DNA of 60,842 nucleotides, counting the filler. It is 6 parts of 6 records of this genome, joined end to end, with 100 filler letters (N's around TTAATTAATTAA, not from the genome) between each part and the next. Parts side by side here need not be neighbours in the genome. Positions count along the whole stretch, not along the records: positions 33,960 to 44,767 come from SRR31156797_250; positions 44,868 to 50,285 come from SRR31156797_260; positions 50,386 to 60,842 come from SRR31156797_265; 3 more parts are not named here. One strand, 5' to 3'. The position numbers and the translations under genes are program-made. Below, in pieces: positions 41,028 through 50,411 of this stretch; position 1 is the first letter of the stretch, and the number at the start of each line of letters is the position of its first letter. The notes under the pieces were generated by a model, which was not told where the DNA came from, did no database searches, and worked only from the letters and a program-made list of their open reading frames with translations.

Positions 41028-42037
41028 TTATAGTTCTTAGAAAAGACACTCCAGAAGAGAACGTTGATAAAATTAAGGAAACTCTTATTGCTAACGGGAT
41101 GTCCTTTAATGTTCTAAAAGGGGCAAAATTTACACTTATTCCTGTTGTAGGAGATCTGACTACATCAGATATCGGTCGATTCAAATCTCTTCCAAATGTT
41201 GAAAAGGTTATTGCAGTTTCAAAGCCCTACTGTCTTGTCAGCAGTCAGTTCAAGAAGGAAAAAAGCATAGTTGATCTTGGTGACGGGATTAAGTTGGGGA
41301 AGGATTTCTCAATTATTTCAGGCCCATGCAGTGTTGAGAGTGAAGCTTCTCTTGAAAAAATAGCAGCTTTTCTTGAAGTTCAAGGTGTAAAGATCCTTAG
41401 AGGTGGAACTTTTAAGCTTAGAGCTTCCCCTTATTCTTTTCAAGGTCTTGGTGAGAAAGGACTAAAGATACTCCGGGAAGTGTCTTCCAGACATGACATG
41501 AAGTGCATTTCAGAAATAGTAGATATCAGATCTCTAGATGTTTTTCTGGATTGCGTGGATATTATTCAGGTCGGCGCAAGGAATATGATGAACTTCTCTC
41601 TTTTAAAGGAGCTTGGAAGATCAAAAAAGCCGGTTCTTTTAAAAAGATCTCTCAGTGCAAAGATGGATGATTTTCTTCTAAGTGCTGAGTACCTTATGAG
41701 CGAAGGAAATGAAAATGTGATCTTATGTGAAAGAGGTGTTCAGACCTTTGATGACATTACAAGAAGTAGCGTTGATATCGCTTCAATTCCTATTCTTAGA
41801 GATAAGACCCATCTACCTGTTTTCTTTGACCCTTCTCACAGTGTTGGTGTTGCAAGATATGTTCCTGACACTTCACTCGCTGCTGTTATTATGGGAGTCG
41901 ACGGACTGATGGTGGAAACACATTTTAATCCTTCAAATGCTCTTTCAGATGGATATCAGACAGTTGATTTTGAAACCTTTGAAAGAACAAATAAAAAAAT
42001 AAATAGTCTAAGAAAATTCATGAATGAAGACAGTTGA
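41024..42037 (+). CDS. aroF: Type I-beta DAHP synthase with N-terminal regulatory domain
   Basis: SGPCSVES, SPYSFQGLG, QVGARNM, LCERG, DPSH and ALSDG. Confidence 0.88.
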   Translation: MIIVLRKDTPEENVDKIKETLIANGMSFNVLKGAKFTLIPVVGDLTTSDIGRFKSLPNVEKVIAVSKPYCLVSSQFKKEKSIVDLGDGIKLGKDFSIISGPCSVESEASLEKIAAFLEVQGVKILRGGTFKLRASPYSFQGLGEKGLKILREVSSRHDMKCISEIVDIRSLDVFLDCVDIIQVGARNMMNFSLLKELGRSKKPVLLKRSLSAKMDDFLLSAEYLMSEGNENVILCERGVQTFDDITRSSVDIASIPILRDKTHLPVFFDPSHSVGVARYVPDTSLAAVIMGVDGLMVETHFNPSNALSDGYQTVDFETFERTNKKINSLRKFMNEDS

Positions 42038-43190
42038 TCTCAGCTCTCTCATTTCCCTGGATAAAAGTTCACTAATAAGACAGGCTCTATTTTCGCTTTT
42101 AACTGTTGATGATGTTGAAGTACCTTTTCAACCTGATCTTCCGGGTGATATTAAAACTGCCTTTAAGGTGCTTGAAGGTTTCTCAAAAAAAGTTGAAATA
42201 AAAGATACAAGAGCGACTATTTCAGGAGTTGCTAAAAAGCCCGAGGCCCCAATTGATTGCGAGAATTCAGGAACAGTTATGCACCTTCTTATGGGTATTT
42301 GCACCTTAAAAGGATGGGATGTCGAGTGTACAGGAGACAGAAGTTTAAGGTCTCGAGATCATAGTAGTTTTGTAAGAGCAGCAGAGCTTTATAAAAATGA
42401 AGTTGTTAGAGCAAAACTTGAAAAACAAAGCGCTCAGCTTAAAAGTTTTCATTTGCTTGCAATGCTTAAAAATGGTGGCGAACTTACTTACAAGTGGAAA
42501 ACAAGAAGTAATACAGAAGTGCTCTTAAAGAAAATGGGTGCAAAAATAACTGATAATGGAACAGTTCTTTGTGTTTCTCCGGCAAAAACTCTCAAAGGTT
42601 ATTCCGTTACAGCAGAAAAAGATCCGTCTTCCGCCTTTATTGCCGTTTGTGCCGGACTGATAGCTGGTCGGACTGTTAAGATAGAGAACATTCTAAATGA
42701 AGAACTTAGACTTGAACCTTTTAAAGTTCTAAAAGACGCCGGATATGCGGTTAACATTCTTAGATACGGTAAAAAAGTATCTGTTGAAACAAGTGAAAAG
42801 ACCGTTGTCGGGAAGAATATTAAAGTTGAAGGTTCACAAGTTGCCTATTTAATTGATGAAATACCGTTCTTAGCATATATGGTTGTAAGAAAGGGTCTTA
42901 GCTTTTCGTGTAAAGATGCAAAATGGCTGAGAAACAAGGAAAGTGACAGGATAAGCTTGACCGTAAAATTGCTGTCAGGTTTTTTTAAAGTATGTGAAAG
43001 TGATGACGGGTTTAAAGTTGCTCCTGAGATGCCACAAACGAAAGAAAGCCTTTTTCACAGTGATGATCACAGGATGGAAATGCTCGCGGCTCTAATTTCT
43101 TTGGATCAAAATACTGGATTTGAGCCTAATGCGTGTTATTATATATCGTTTCCAGGATTCGGAAAGGTGGTGGAGATTTTAAAAAAGTGA
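42024..43190 (+). CDS. aroA: Divergent EPSP synthase-like protein
   Basis: DKS, CENSGT, GDRSLRSR, SAQLKS, DPSSA, IDEIP, LRNKESDRI, DHRM and SFPGF. Confidence 0.78.
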   Translation: MKTVDLSSLISLDKSSLIRQALFSLLTVDDVEVPFQPDLPGDIKTAFKVLEGFSKKVEIKDTRATISGVAKKPEAPIDCENSGTVMHLLMGICTLKGWDVECTGDRSLRSRDHSSFVRAAELYKNEVVRAKLEKQSAQLKSFHLLAMLKNGGELTYKWKTRSNTEVLLKKMGAKITDNGTVLCVSPAKTLKGYSVTAEKDPSSAFIAVCAGLIAGRTVKIENILNEELRLEPFKVLKDAGYAVNILRYGKKVSVETSEKTVVGKNIKVEGSQVAYLIDEIPFLAYMVVRKGLSFSCKDAKWLRNKESDRISLTVKLLSGFFKVCESDDGFKVAPEMPQTKESLFHSDDHRMEMLAALISLDQNTGFEPNACYYISFPGFGKVVEILKK

Positions 43191-43196
43191 GGAAAA

Positions 43197-43448
43197 ATGG
43201 TTAACGAAAAAAAGATCGTTCAATACAGAAAAGATCTTGATAAAATTGATGATAAGCTGGTTGAGCTCATTAAAAAAAGGATTGCTGCTGCACAAAAGAT
43301 AGTCTTAGAAAAAAAATCGATGGGACTAAGTGTTGAAGATACAGCAAGAGAAGATCTGATCATCAAAAGATTAACAAAAGACAAAGAGACTGCACCACTT
43401 GTCGAAGATATTTTCAGGAGAATCTTCACTTGGGTAAAAAACCGGTAG
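43197..43448 (+). CDS. Monofunctional chorismate mutase (AroQ/type II)
   Basis: YRKDLDKIDDKLVELIKKR...K...EDTARE. Confidence 0.85.
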   Translation: MVNEKKIVQYRKDLDKIDDKLVELIKKRIAAAQKIVLEKKSMGLSVEDTAREDLIIKRLTKDKETAPLVEDIFRRIFTWVKNR

Positions 43449-44482
43449 GGATTTTTAAAACATTAAGAAAAGTAGAGTTCTTTCTACTTGTTATCATTTC
43501 ATTATCGCTATATTTCTTTTTCAATAAGGAAGCTCAAGAGACTGGAGATATTGAAAAAGATCCACCTGAAAAAATAAATATCCAGGAGTTTGGTAAAGAC
43601 GAGGTTTCAGTTGTTTTTGATAAAAAAGTTGCCGGACTTATGCATGGCATGATTCTTGAAGCTAAAAAAAGTATTCATATCTCAACATATACAATAAGGC
43701 AGAATAAGCTCATGGCCCTTCTTGAAAAAAGATCGGCTGAAGGCATAAAGGTTTATTTAGCGTATGGGAAAAGCAAGGATGGGGTTACTCCTTCTTTTAT
43801 ATCAGGTTTAGTGGAGAAAAAGTATGGAATTTTTCACGCGAAGTTCATTGTCACAGATTCAAAGAACGTTCTTATCACTTCTAGGAACTTAGGTTCAGGA
43901 AACAAAGCTGTAAACAACGCTGTTTTTTATAAAAATGTTCCAGAAGTGTCTAAAATTCTTGAAAAAGAAGTAAGTGATGCAATTAAGGGGAAAGTGCAAA
44001 GAAGGTGTGCAAAAGGTTGTGATACTGAAATTGGCCGAGTGTTCTTTACGCCTGGAAAAGCCTGCGTAAATATTAAGAAAGAGTTTTTGAAAGCAGAGAC
44101 AAAAATTGAGGGCGCAATTTATACAGTTACAACAAAGAACCCTGTAATAACCGGACTTAAAACGGTGCTTGAAAAGAAAAAGGTTCCTGTAATGCTCATT
44201 GTAGATAACTGGAAAGGTCAAGATGGAAGAGTAGTAAACAAGAGGGCTTTAAGTTATTTTAAGTCTCTTGGAGCTCGTGTAAGATTTGATAAGGATATCC
44301 TTTCTTTTGATCCTCTTTTTCATCATAAGTTTGCTGTGGTTGATGAAAAAGTTTCTATTTTAGGATCGCTTAACTGGACATCTTCAGGGTGTTACAGAAA
44401 TAGAGAGATAGTTGTGATAAGTAAAGATGAAAAAATTGCTCGGAAGTTTTCTGAATATTTTACAACTATTTGGAAAAATTAG
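43430..44482 (+). CDS. Membrane-anchored phospholipase D-superfamily protein
   Basis: N-terminal TM and two HxKxxxxD motifs (FHAKFIVTD, FHHKFAVVD...GSLNWT). Confidence 0.88.
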   Translation: MGKKPVGIFKTLRKVEFFLLVIISLSLYFFFNKEAQETGDIEKDPPEKINIQEFGKDEVSVVFDKKVAGLMHGMILEAKKSIHISTYTIRQNKLMALLEKRSAEGIKVYLAYGKSKDGVTPSFISGLVEKKYGIFHAKFIVTDSKNVLITSRNLGSGNKAVNNAVFYKNVPEVSKILEKEVSDAIKGKVQRRCAKGCDTEIGRVFFTPGKACVNIKKEFLKAETKIEGAIYTVTTKNPVITGLKTVLEKKKVPVMLIVDNWKGQDGRVVNKRALSYFKSLGARVRFDKDILSFDPLFHHKFAVVDEKVSILGSLNWTSSGCYRNREIVVISKDEKIARKFSEYFTTIWKN

Positions 44483-44766
44483 TTGTTAGGGTCACCATCT
44501 GGGTTTGTGTTAGGATTAACAACGTCAAAAAGAGTTGTTTTCTGAGTTATCACTTCAGCACATGTCATTGTGTCTGCAACTTTTATAAACTGGAAAACAC
44601 TGTTGTCTTTTTCAGTAATTGTTGTTTTCTGTCCTTTAAGAGTGATGTTCGGTGTTGAAGAGTGAGCGTACTGTTCATCAGTCCAGTCAACCTTTCCTTC
44701 GATCTTTCCTTTGCTTACAAGTTCGCCTTCATAAGTTGCTGTAAGTCTTTGAACGTAGAAGATGTC
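44479..44766 (-). CDS. C-terminal fragment of a hypothetical protein (5'-truncated)
   Basis: Open frame from the contig edge: ...DIFYVQRLTATYEGELVSKGKIEGKVDWTDEQ...TCAEVITQKTTLFDVVNPNTNPDGDPNN*; not in the ORF track. Confidence 0.65.
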   Translation of the reverse strand, partial: DIFYVQRLTATYEGELVSKGKIEGKVDWTDEQYAHSSTPNITLKGQKTTITEKDNSVFQFIKVADTMTCAEVITQKTTLFDVVNPNTNPDGDPNN

Positions 44767-44767
44767 T

Positions 44768-44867
44768 NNNNNNNNNNNNNNNNNNNNNNNNNNNNNNNNN
44801 NNNNNNNNNNNTTAATTAATTAANNNNNNNNNNNNNNNNNNNNNNNNNNNNNNNNNNNNNNNNNNNN
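44768..44867. other. Artificial contig spacer
   Basis: N44-TTAATTAATTAA-N44. Confidence 0.99.
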
Positions 44868-46324
44868 TCCGCGACCTTGGGATGTTCAACCACAAGGGTT
44901 TCTATTTCTTCCGGGCTTATATTCATGCCGCCGCGAATTATAAGATCCTTGTACCTTCCCTGAAACTTATACTTGTCCATCTTTTCTCCGGCAATGGAAA
45001 AAAGATCCCCGGTGCGAAAATATCCTTTTTCGTCAAATGCTTTTTCATTCAATTCCGGGGCGTTGTAGTACCCGGGAAATACCGTGGGGCCGGCAAATCG
45101 AAGCTCGCCTACCACATCCGGTTCCGTGATATCTTCTCCCGTGATCGTATCCACCAAGCGGCTTTTGAAACCCTTGACCGCGTCCGAGCTCCAAACCAGA
45201 CCTTCTCCTCCAAAACGCGGGAAATATGCGGCCCTGTCTTCGGGCCTGGGAAAATCCTTTGGACTGCTGTACAAAGCCTCTCCCTCATTGGAAGCAAAAA
45301 AGTTCACTATGCCTATATTAAATTCTTCCTGGAAGGTCTTGACCATCCATTCGGACAAAGGAGCGGACCCGGATCCTATGACAGAAAGGTCTCCACGGTC
45401 CATGGCCGCCCATTGAGGCGATTTGGCCAGGGCGTCCAGCAAGGCCGGAGGCGCAAGTGTATAGTAAACTTTTTCAGCAATCAACTGCTTGAGGAACACG
45501 CCGAGGTCAAAGGGATGATGGAAAACCATCTTTCCGCCTGTGATTACCCAGGGGATCAATACGGCGCCCAACCCGGCCATGTTGATAGTGGGAAAAAGGG
45601 AAAGATACACGCATTCCTTATCGGGCAGGAACGATTCAACAACAGCCCGGCTGATAGCCAGCCAGTGATTATGGCTACGAGGTACGGCCTTGGGCGAAGC
45701 TTCCGTGCCCGAGGTCCAGCACAGGGTAAAAATGTCGTTGGGGCCGGATTGCTTACCATCCAGTAATGAAGGATCCACATCCGGACCATCCAGGATGTCA
45801 GACATAAGCAGCGAGCCTTCAGCCTGATCGGCGCCCACTGTTATGAAGTTTTTCACGCTGCCGGCATCGGCCAATGTATCCTGGGCCAGGGTCAGGTTAT
45901 TAAATCCCATGATATTATGAGAAGTGATAAAAAGCTTTGCCCCGGTCAAAGTAGCCGCGTGCTTGATTTCGTGAGCCCTCCATTGCACCGGTATAGGGCT
46001 TATCACGGCGCCCGCCCTGGCCGCGGCAAAGATGCTCAGGGTGAGTTCCATTATGTTGGGGAGCTGGGCGATTATTACATCTTCCTTTTGCACGCCGAGC
46101 TCAATGAACTTTACCGCGAGCTTGTCGATAGCCCGCATCATTTCACCATAGGTTTTTCTCATCGGCTCCAGGCCGACAAGGTCCTGCTTGTTATAAGGAT
46201 CCACCAGGGCTTCAGCATCCGGAATTGACGCCGCCCGAGCCTGCAACAGGTCGACAATTGTTTCCTCGCCCCACCATCCATTGTCCGTATATTCCTTGAT
46301 CAGGGCTTTATTACTCAGGATCAT
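44868..46324 (-). CDS. Class I adenylate-forming enzyme (acyl/aryl-CoA ligase), 3'-truncated
   Basis: WTSGTEASPKAV P-loop, FASNEG, GYFRTGD and GRYKDLIIRGGMNISPEEIE. Confidence 0.92.
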
Positions 46325-46457
46325 TGATATACTCCTTTATGCTTATAAAAATATTAATAAAGACACACTTGTCCCTTGTCCGCGGCGCAGCGCCGTTATA
46401 AATCGGCGTCCGCGCGCGGCAGGGTCGGTTAAAACAGCATTGAGCTATATTCAGTCC

Positions 46458-46551
46458 GCGTTAGTCCATAAATGATGAGTATTTACAAGTTCGACATTTA
46501 TCTGCCGCAGCGGAGCAGATTTGGAAAGAGAACCATTTATGGACAATGCTA
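46458..46551. mobile_element. Short MITE-like element with terminal inverted repeats
   Basis: GTCCATAAATG (46464-46474) and its reverse complement CATTTATGGAC (46534-46544) flank an internal ATCTGC/GCAGAT hairpin; the same motif recurs at the contig end (50260-50285). Confidence 0.5.
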
Positions 46552-46552
46552 T

Positions 46553-48103
46553 CTAACGATGGTAGTCCGGCAACACCTTTTCCACGTATTTACCGCCGGT
46601 CATGGCGTCGACGCAGAGCAAGGCTGAATACACGGCCGCATCCATGCCGCTGCCCCAGGTTTCGGCGCCGTATCCGTCTCCGGCGAAAAACAGGCCTTCA
46701 AGGCCGGGCTGCGTGGTGTCAGGACGGCGCGTCCCCGGAGGCGGCCAATCGCCGAAGCCCTTGTCCGAGCAGGTCCAGAGTTCCCAGATAGTATCTTCTT
46801 TCATCGTGGGAAATGTCTTGTGCATTATTTCCCTGGCCTCCCTGATGACCCGGTCGACCTTGGCCTTGTCCCTGAGTTCGCTGTCCGTAAGGGCGATCGA
46901 ATAGCCGAAATTGTACATGCCTTCGGGTGAAAGCGACGGTTCAAAGTTACTGGGCATGATGGCGATGATATCCACATCCCCGATGAAGCCTTCTTCAGCC
47001 TTGATGATGGATGGGACAAGCAGCCATGATTTCGGACTTATGCCGGACTCCGCAAAAATATCCTTTTTAAGTCCTACAAATCCGGTCAGCATACCCACGC
47101 TGAAAAAGTCTTCTTCCACGGATTTAACAAGCTCTGGTGCAAACAGGTTCTTGGGGAGAAAAGACCAGATCTTCTTTATGGGCGCCGTGCAAACCACCTG
47201 GTCGGCCTTAATAACCTGTTCGCCTTCCGCTGTTTTAATGCGGATGCCTGATACTTTTTGACCTTCAAACATAACATCCTGGACCCGGGCGCCGGTCAGG
47301 ACCGTCCCGCCGTTCTCAGTGACTTTTTCCACGAGACGCTCTCCGATATAAACGAAGCCGGGTTTGGGGACTATGCCGGTTGATCCGCTGATAAGGTTCA
47401 TGCCGATATCAGCCGCCGTTCTCATAAAACGGATAAAATCGCCGGCCGGAATCATGTCCGGTTCGCCCATGACCATGTGTATGGAGGCGACCGCGGCCAG
47501 GAATTCATAAACCTTGCGGTCGTCAGTGCGGTCGTCCATCCATTGACCGAAAGATATTTCGTCCCATTCCTCGAGCAGTTCCGGCGTGGCCGTGACCATT
47601 TCCCTGAGCATCCTCTTGGCGGTCTTGTTGGATTCCTCGGTCATCCAACCGTAACGTCCGCCCTTTTCCATGGGAAAAAGCTCATGTTTTTCCGGGTCAA
47701 CAACCGTGAAGCCTTCATTGCCGGGCAGCGGAACGTGCTTGTCCAAATAATCCATTAAAACGCCGACCCGGCCCTTTGCGCCCCAGAATGTGGCATGGCC
47801 GCCGGCTTCAAAACTGAAGCCGTCCAGAAGGCCCTCCCCCAATATGGTTTCCAAATCGGGCTCGGCATAGCTCACCCAAGCGTAAACCGAGGCCATTACT
47901 TTTTTGAATTCCTTGGGATCCAGGGTGGCGCCATGAAGTTTAAGGCCCTTGTCTTCGCCCATGAACGAAACCAGGCGGCCGCCTACATAATTCTCTTTTT
48001 CAACCACCAGCACCTTGCGGCCTTCTTCGGAGGCAAGCAGGGCCGCGGCCGACAAGCCGGCCAGGCCCGCTCCAATAATCACGGCATCATAATGATCAGA
48101 CAT
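46553..48103 (-). CDS. FAD-dependent oxidoreductase, phytoene desaturase-like
   Basis: IIGAGLAGLSAA, VEKENYVGGR and GLFFAGD...GMDAA; start placed at 48103 after GGAGG. Confidence 0.85.
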   Translation of the reverse strand: MSDHYDAVIIGAGLAGLSAAALLASEEGRKVLVVEKENYVGGRLVSFMGEDKGLKLHGATLDPKEFKKVMASVYAWVSYAEPDLETILGEGLLDGFSFEAGGHATFWGAKGRVGVLMDYLDKHVPLPGNEGFTVVDPEKHELFPMEKGGRYGWMTEESNKTAKRMLREMVTATPELLEEWDEISFGQWMDDRTDDRKVYEFLAAVASIHMVMGEPDMIPAGDFIRFMRTAADIGMNLISGSTGIVPKPGFVYIGERLVEKVTENGGTVLTGARVQDVMFEGQKVSGIRIKTAEGEQVIKADQVVCTAPIKKIWSFLPKNLFAPELVKSVEEDFFSVGMLTGFVGLKKDIFAESGISPKSWLLVPSIIKAEEGFIGDVDIIAIMPSNFEPSLSPEGMYNFGYSIALTDSELRDKAKVDRVIREAREIMHKTFPTMKEDTIWELWTCSDKGFGDWPPPGTRRPDTTQPGLEGLFFAGDGYGAETWGSGMDAAVYSALLCVDAMTGGKYVEKVLPDYHR

Positions 48104-48119
48104 TTTAACCTCCATTCAA

Positions 48120-48569
48120 TTAGGTTCGCATATGAAACATCATGGTGTAATCAAAAACCATGACCGCTTCGTCCCGCTGATTTGTGACCGTGTATCTCCA
48201 GGTTTGCACGCCCCTGGCCGGATCCTTGGTCGGTTTTTGCTCCAGGACTTCGGTTGTGACCTTGATGGTGTCGCCTATTTTTACCGGTGCGGTCATGCGC
48301 ATCTTGTCTGCGCCCAGCCAGGCAATCACCGCATCCGCCCCATGTCCGGAAATACCAACCAGGCCCACGGCCAGGCCGAAGATGAGCGGGCCGTGCACAA
48401 GTCTTTCGCCGAACTGGCTTTTGGCCGCGAATTCCTTGTCCATGTGTATGGCGTAAAAATCCATGGTCAGGCCGGCCCAGTTTACCACGTGCGTCTCGGT
48501 AACCGTTATAGCCTGGGTAGTAAATTTGTCGCCGATTTTAAAATCGTCTCCGTATTTGGATTGCACCAT
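48120..48569 (-). CDS. MaoC-family (R)-hydratase/dehydratase
   Basis: DDFKIGD, DFYAIHMD and ERLVHGPL hydratase-2-like motif. Confidence 0.9.
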   Translation of the reverse strand: MVQSKYGDDFKIGDKFTTQAITVTETHVVNWAGLTMDFYAIHMDKEFAAKSQFGERLVHGPLIFGLAVGLVGISGHGADAVIAWLGADKMRMTAPVKIGDTIKVTTEVLEQKPTKDPARGVQTWRYTVTNQRDEAVMVFDYTMMFHMRT

Positions 48570-48581
48570 TTTTCCGTCTCA

Positions 48582-48992
48582 CTAGGTAATCGGGGTGAAT
48601 TTGGGAAGCGTGAACTCGTCGTTCAGCTTTTCAAATACAACTTCAACCGGCATGTCGCATCTGACGTTATCCGGATCGCATCCCACTATGTTGGTCAGCA
48701 TCTGTACGCCTTCCTCCAGACGGACGATAGCGACGACATAAGGGATGTCGGCCAAAAAAGCCGAAGGAGAGTTGGTCTTAACGACCGTGTATGTGTAAAC
48801 CGTAGCCTTGCCCGATGCCTCTGTCCATTCCAGATCAAGGGAGTGGCACTCCGGGCAGAGCAAGCGAGGGTAAAAAATATATTCCTTGCAATCCTTGCAT
48901 TGCTGGATGATGAGTTTTTCTTCGCGGGCCGCATCCCAAAAGGGCTTTGCGTAAGGATTTACCTGTGGATTTATTTTTTGGGGAGCATCCAT
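48582..48992 (-). CDS. DUF35 Zn-ribbon/OB-fold protein
   Basis: PFWDAA, CKDC...YPR..CPEC, PYVVAIVRLEEG and MPVEVVF; start placed at 48992 after GGAGG. Confidence 0.92.
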   Translation of the reverse strand: MDAPQKINPQVNPYAKPFWDAAREEKLIIQQCKDCKEYIFYPRLLCPECHSLDLEWTEASGKATVYTYTVVKTNSPSAFLADIPYVVAIVRLEEGVQMLTNIVGCDPDNVRCDMPVEVVFEKLNDEFTLPKFTPIT

Positions 48993-49008
48993 TATTGCCT
49001 CCATTAGT

Positions 49009-50196
49009 TTATGGAATTTCGGTTCCGAAAATAGTTACCTGGGAATCCATGTATGTTCCGCCCGTGCCGGTTTCGACGGCGAACCGGGCGTCCGGAACCT
49101 GTCTTTCGCCGGCCTTGCCCATGAGTTGGCGAGCAGCCTCAACGACCAGGGCCACGCCGCCGCCGGCGCCCGTGTGCCCTTGGGAAAGCATGCCGCCGTT
49201 GGTCGTGGTCGGCAACTTGCCGCCGGGATAAGTAACTCCATTCCGGAACATCTCTCCGCCCTGCCCGCGTTCGGCAAAGCCCAATTCTTCAAAAGTTAAC
49301 AACTGGAATATGGGGTAGGAGTCGTATATCTCGGCCACGTCAATATCCTTTGGCGTCAGGCCGGCATCCTCGAATGCTTCCCGGCCTGCATCGGCCCAGC
49401 CGTACCTGGTGACATCCTTTTCCTGGCTGAAAACAAAATGGGTAACCCTTGAACTTTCTCCTAGAAGGTATACCGGCTTTTCGCAAACATCTTTCGCCCG
49501 TTCCGCCGAAGTCACAACAAAGGCCGAGCCGCCGTCAAAGAGCATATTCGACATTTTGGCTCGAAGCGGGGTAGATAGCATTTTAGAAGCCAGGACTTCT
49601 TCAACAGTAAGAGGCTTCCTGAAAAATGCATTGGGATTCAACTCGCCCCATTTCCTGTTGGAAACGCAAACCGCGGCCATGTCTTCTTCCGTACTGCCGG
49701 TTTCATACATGTACCGGGTCATGGCCATGGCGGCGATAGTGGAATAATGCTGGCCGTACGGAACTTCCCATTCTCCGGATATGCCGGCAGTGGAAAAGAG
49801 GTCTATCCCGGCCTGCCCCCCGGCTATGCCTGTTCCCAGTTTTTCCGTATGCATGCAAAGCACCGCCTTGGCCACACCGCTGTTTACCAGGCTGGCGGCG
49901 GTCTTGACCAGGCAGCTTCCGCTGGCTCCGCCGGCAAACACCTGTTCGTTGGTCTTTACGTTTTTAAGCCCCAGTTCCTCAACAAGCCTGCAGGTGATCA
50001 GATCGCTGTTGAACTGGTTGTTATAGACCGAACCCGTGGGCATGACAAAATCGATCTCGTCCTTGCCTATTCCCGAATCCGCAATAGCCTGTCGCGACGA
50101 TTCCACGCCGTGATAGATGGCCGCCTTATCCGGAAAACGTCCGGTAGGCGCCTCGCCGATGCCGACAATAGCGGCTTTTCCTCTAAGATTACTCAT
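49009..50196 (-). CDS. SCP2/Ltp2-type thiolase-fold protein lacking the catalytic Cys
   Basis: AAIVGIGE, AGGASG where thiolases have xCAS(G), NPNA, DGGSA, EIYDSY and TNGGMLSQGH. Confidence 0.88.
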   Translation of the reverse strand: MSNLRGKAAIVGIGEAPTGRFPDKAAIYHGVESSRQAIADSGIGKDEIDFVMPTGSVYNNQFNSDLITCRLVEELGLKNVKTNEQVFAGGASGSCLVKTAASLVNSGVAKAVLCMHTEKLGTGIAGGQAGIDLFSTAGISGEWEVPYGQHYSTIAAMAMTRYMYETGSTEEDMAAVCVSNRKWGELNPNAFFRKPLTVEEVLASKMLSTPLRAKMSNMLFDGGSAFVVTSAERAKDVCEKPVYLLGESSRVTHFVFSQEKDVTRYGWADAGREAFEDAGLTPKDIDVAEIYDSYPIFQLLTFEELGFAERGQGGEMFRNGVTYPGGKLPTTTNGGMLSQGHTGAGGGVALVVEAARQLMGKAGERQVPDARFAVETGTGGTYMDSQVTIFGTEIP

Positions 50197-50259
50197 CCAA
50201 ACCTCCTGACTCGATATTTGTAAACTGATCAGCCCCACGGCAAGGCCGCAGGGTGTATT

Positions 50260-50285
50260 TAGCGCCTGTCCATAAATGGTTATTT
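50260..50285 (+). repeat. Terminal inverted-repeat-like motif at contig end
   Basis: TAGCGCCTGTCCATAAATGGTT matches the ends of the 46458-46551 element. Confidence 0.5.
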
Positions 50286-50385
50286 NNNNNNNNNNNNNNN
50301 NNNNNNNNNNNNNNNNNNNNNNNNNNNNNTTAATTAATTAANNNNNNNNNNNNNNNNNNNNNNNNNNNNNNNNNNNNNNNNNNNN
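50286..50385. other. Artificial contig spacer
   Basis: N44-TTAATTAATTAA-N44. Confidence 0.99.
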
Positions 50386-50411
50386 GACCATTATGTTAGG
50401 AGGCATTTGAC

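Noticed and set aside
44882-49007. Long plus-strand ORFs (294 aa and 291 aa) on contig 5
   Set aside because: Antisense to the motif-bearing minus-strand operon.
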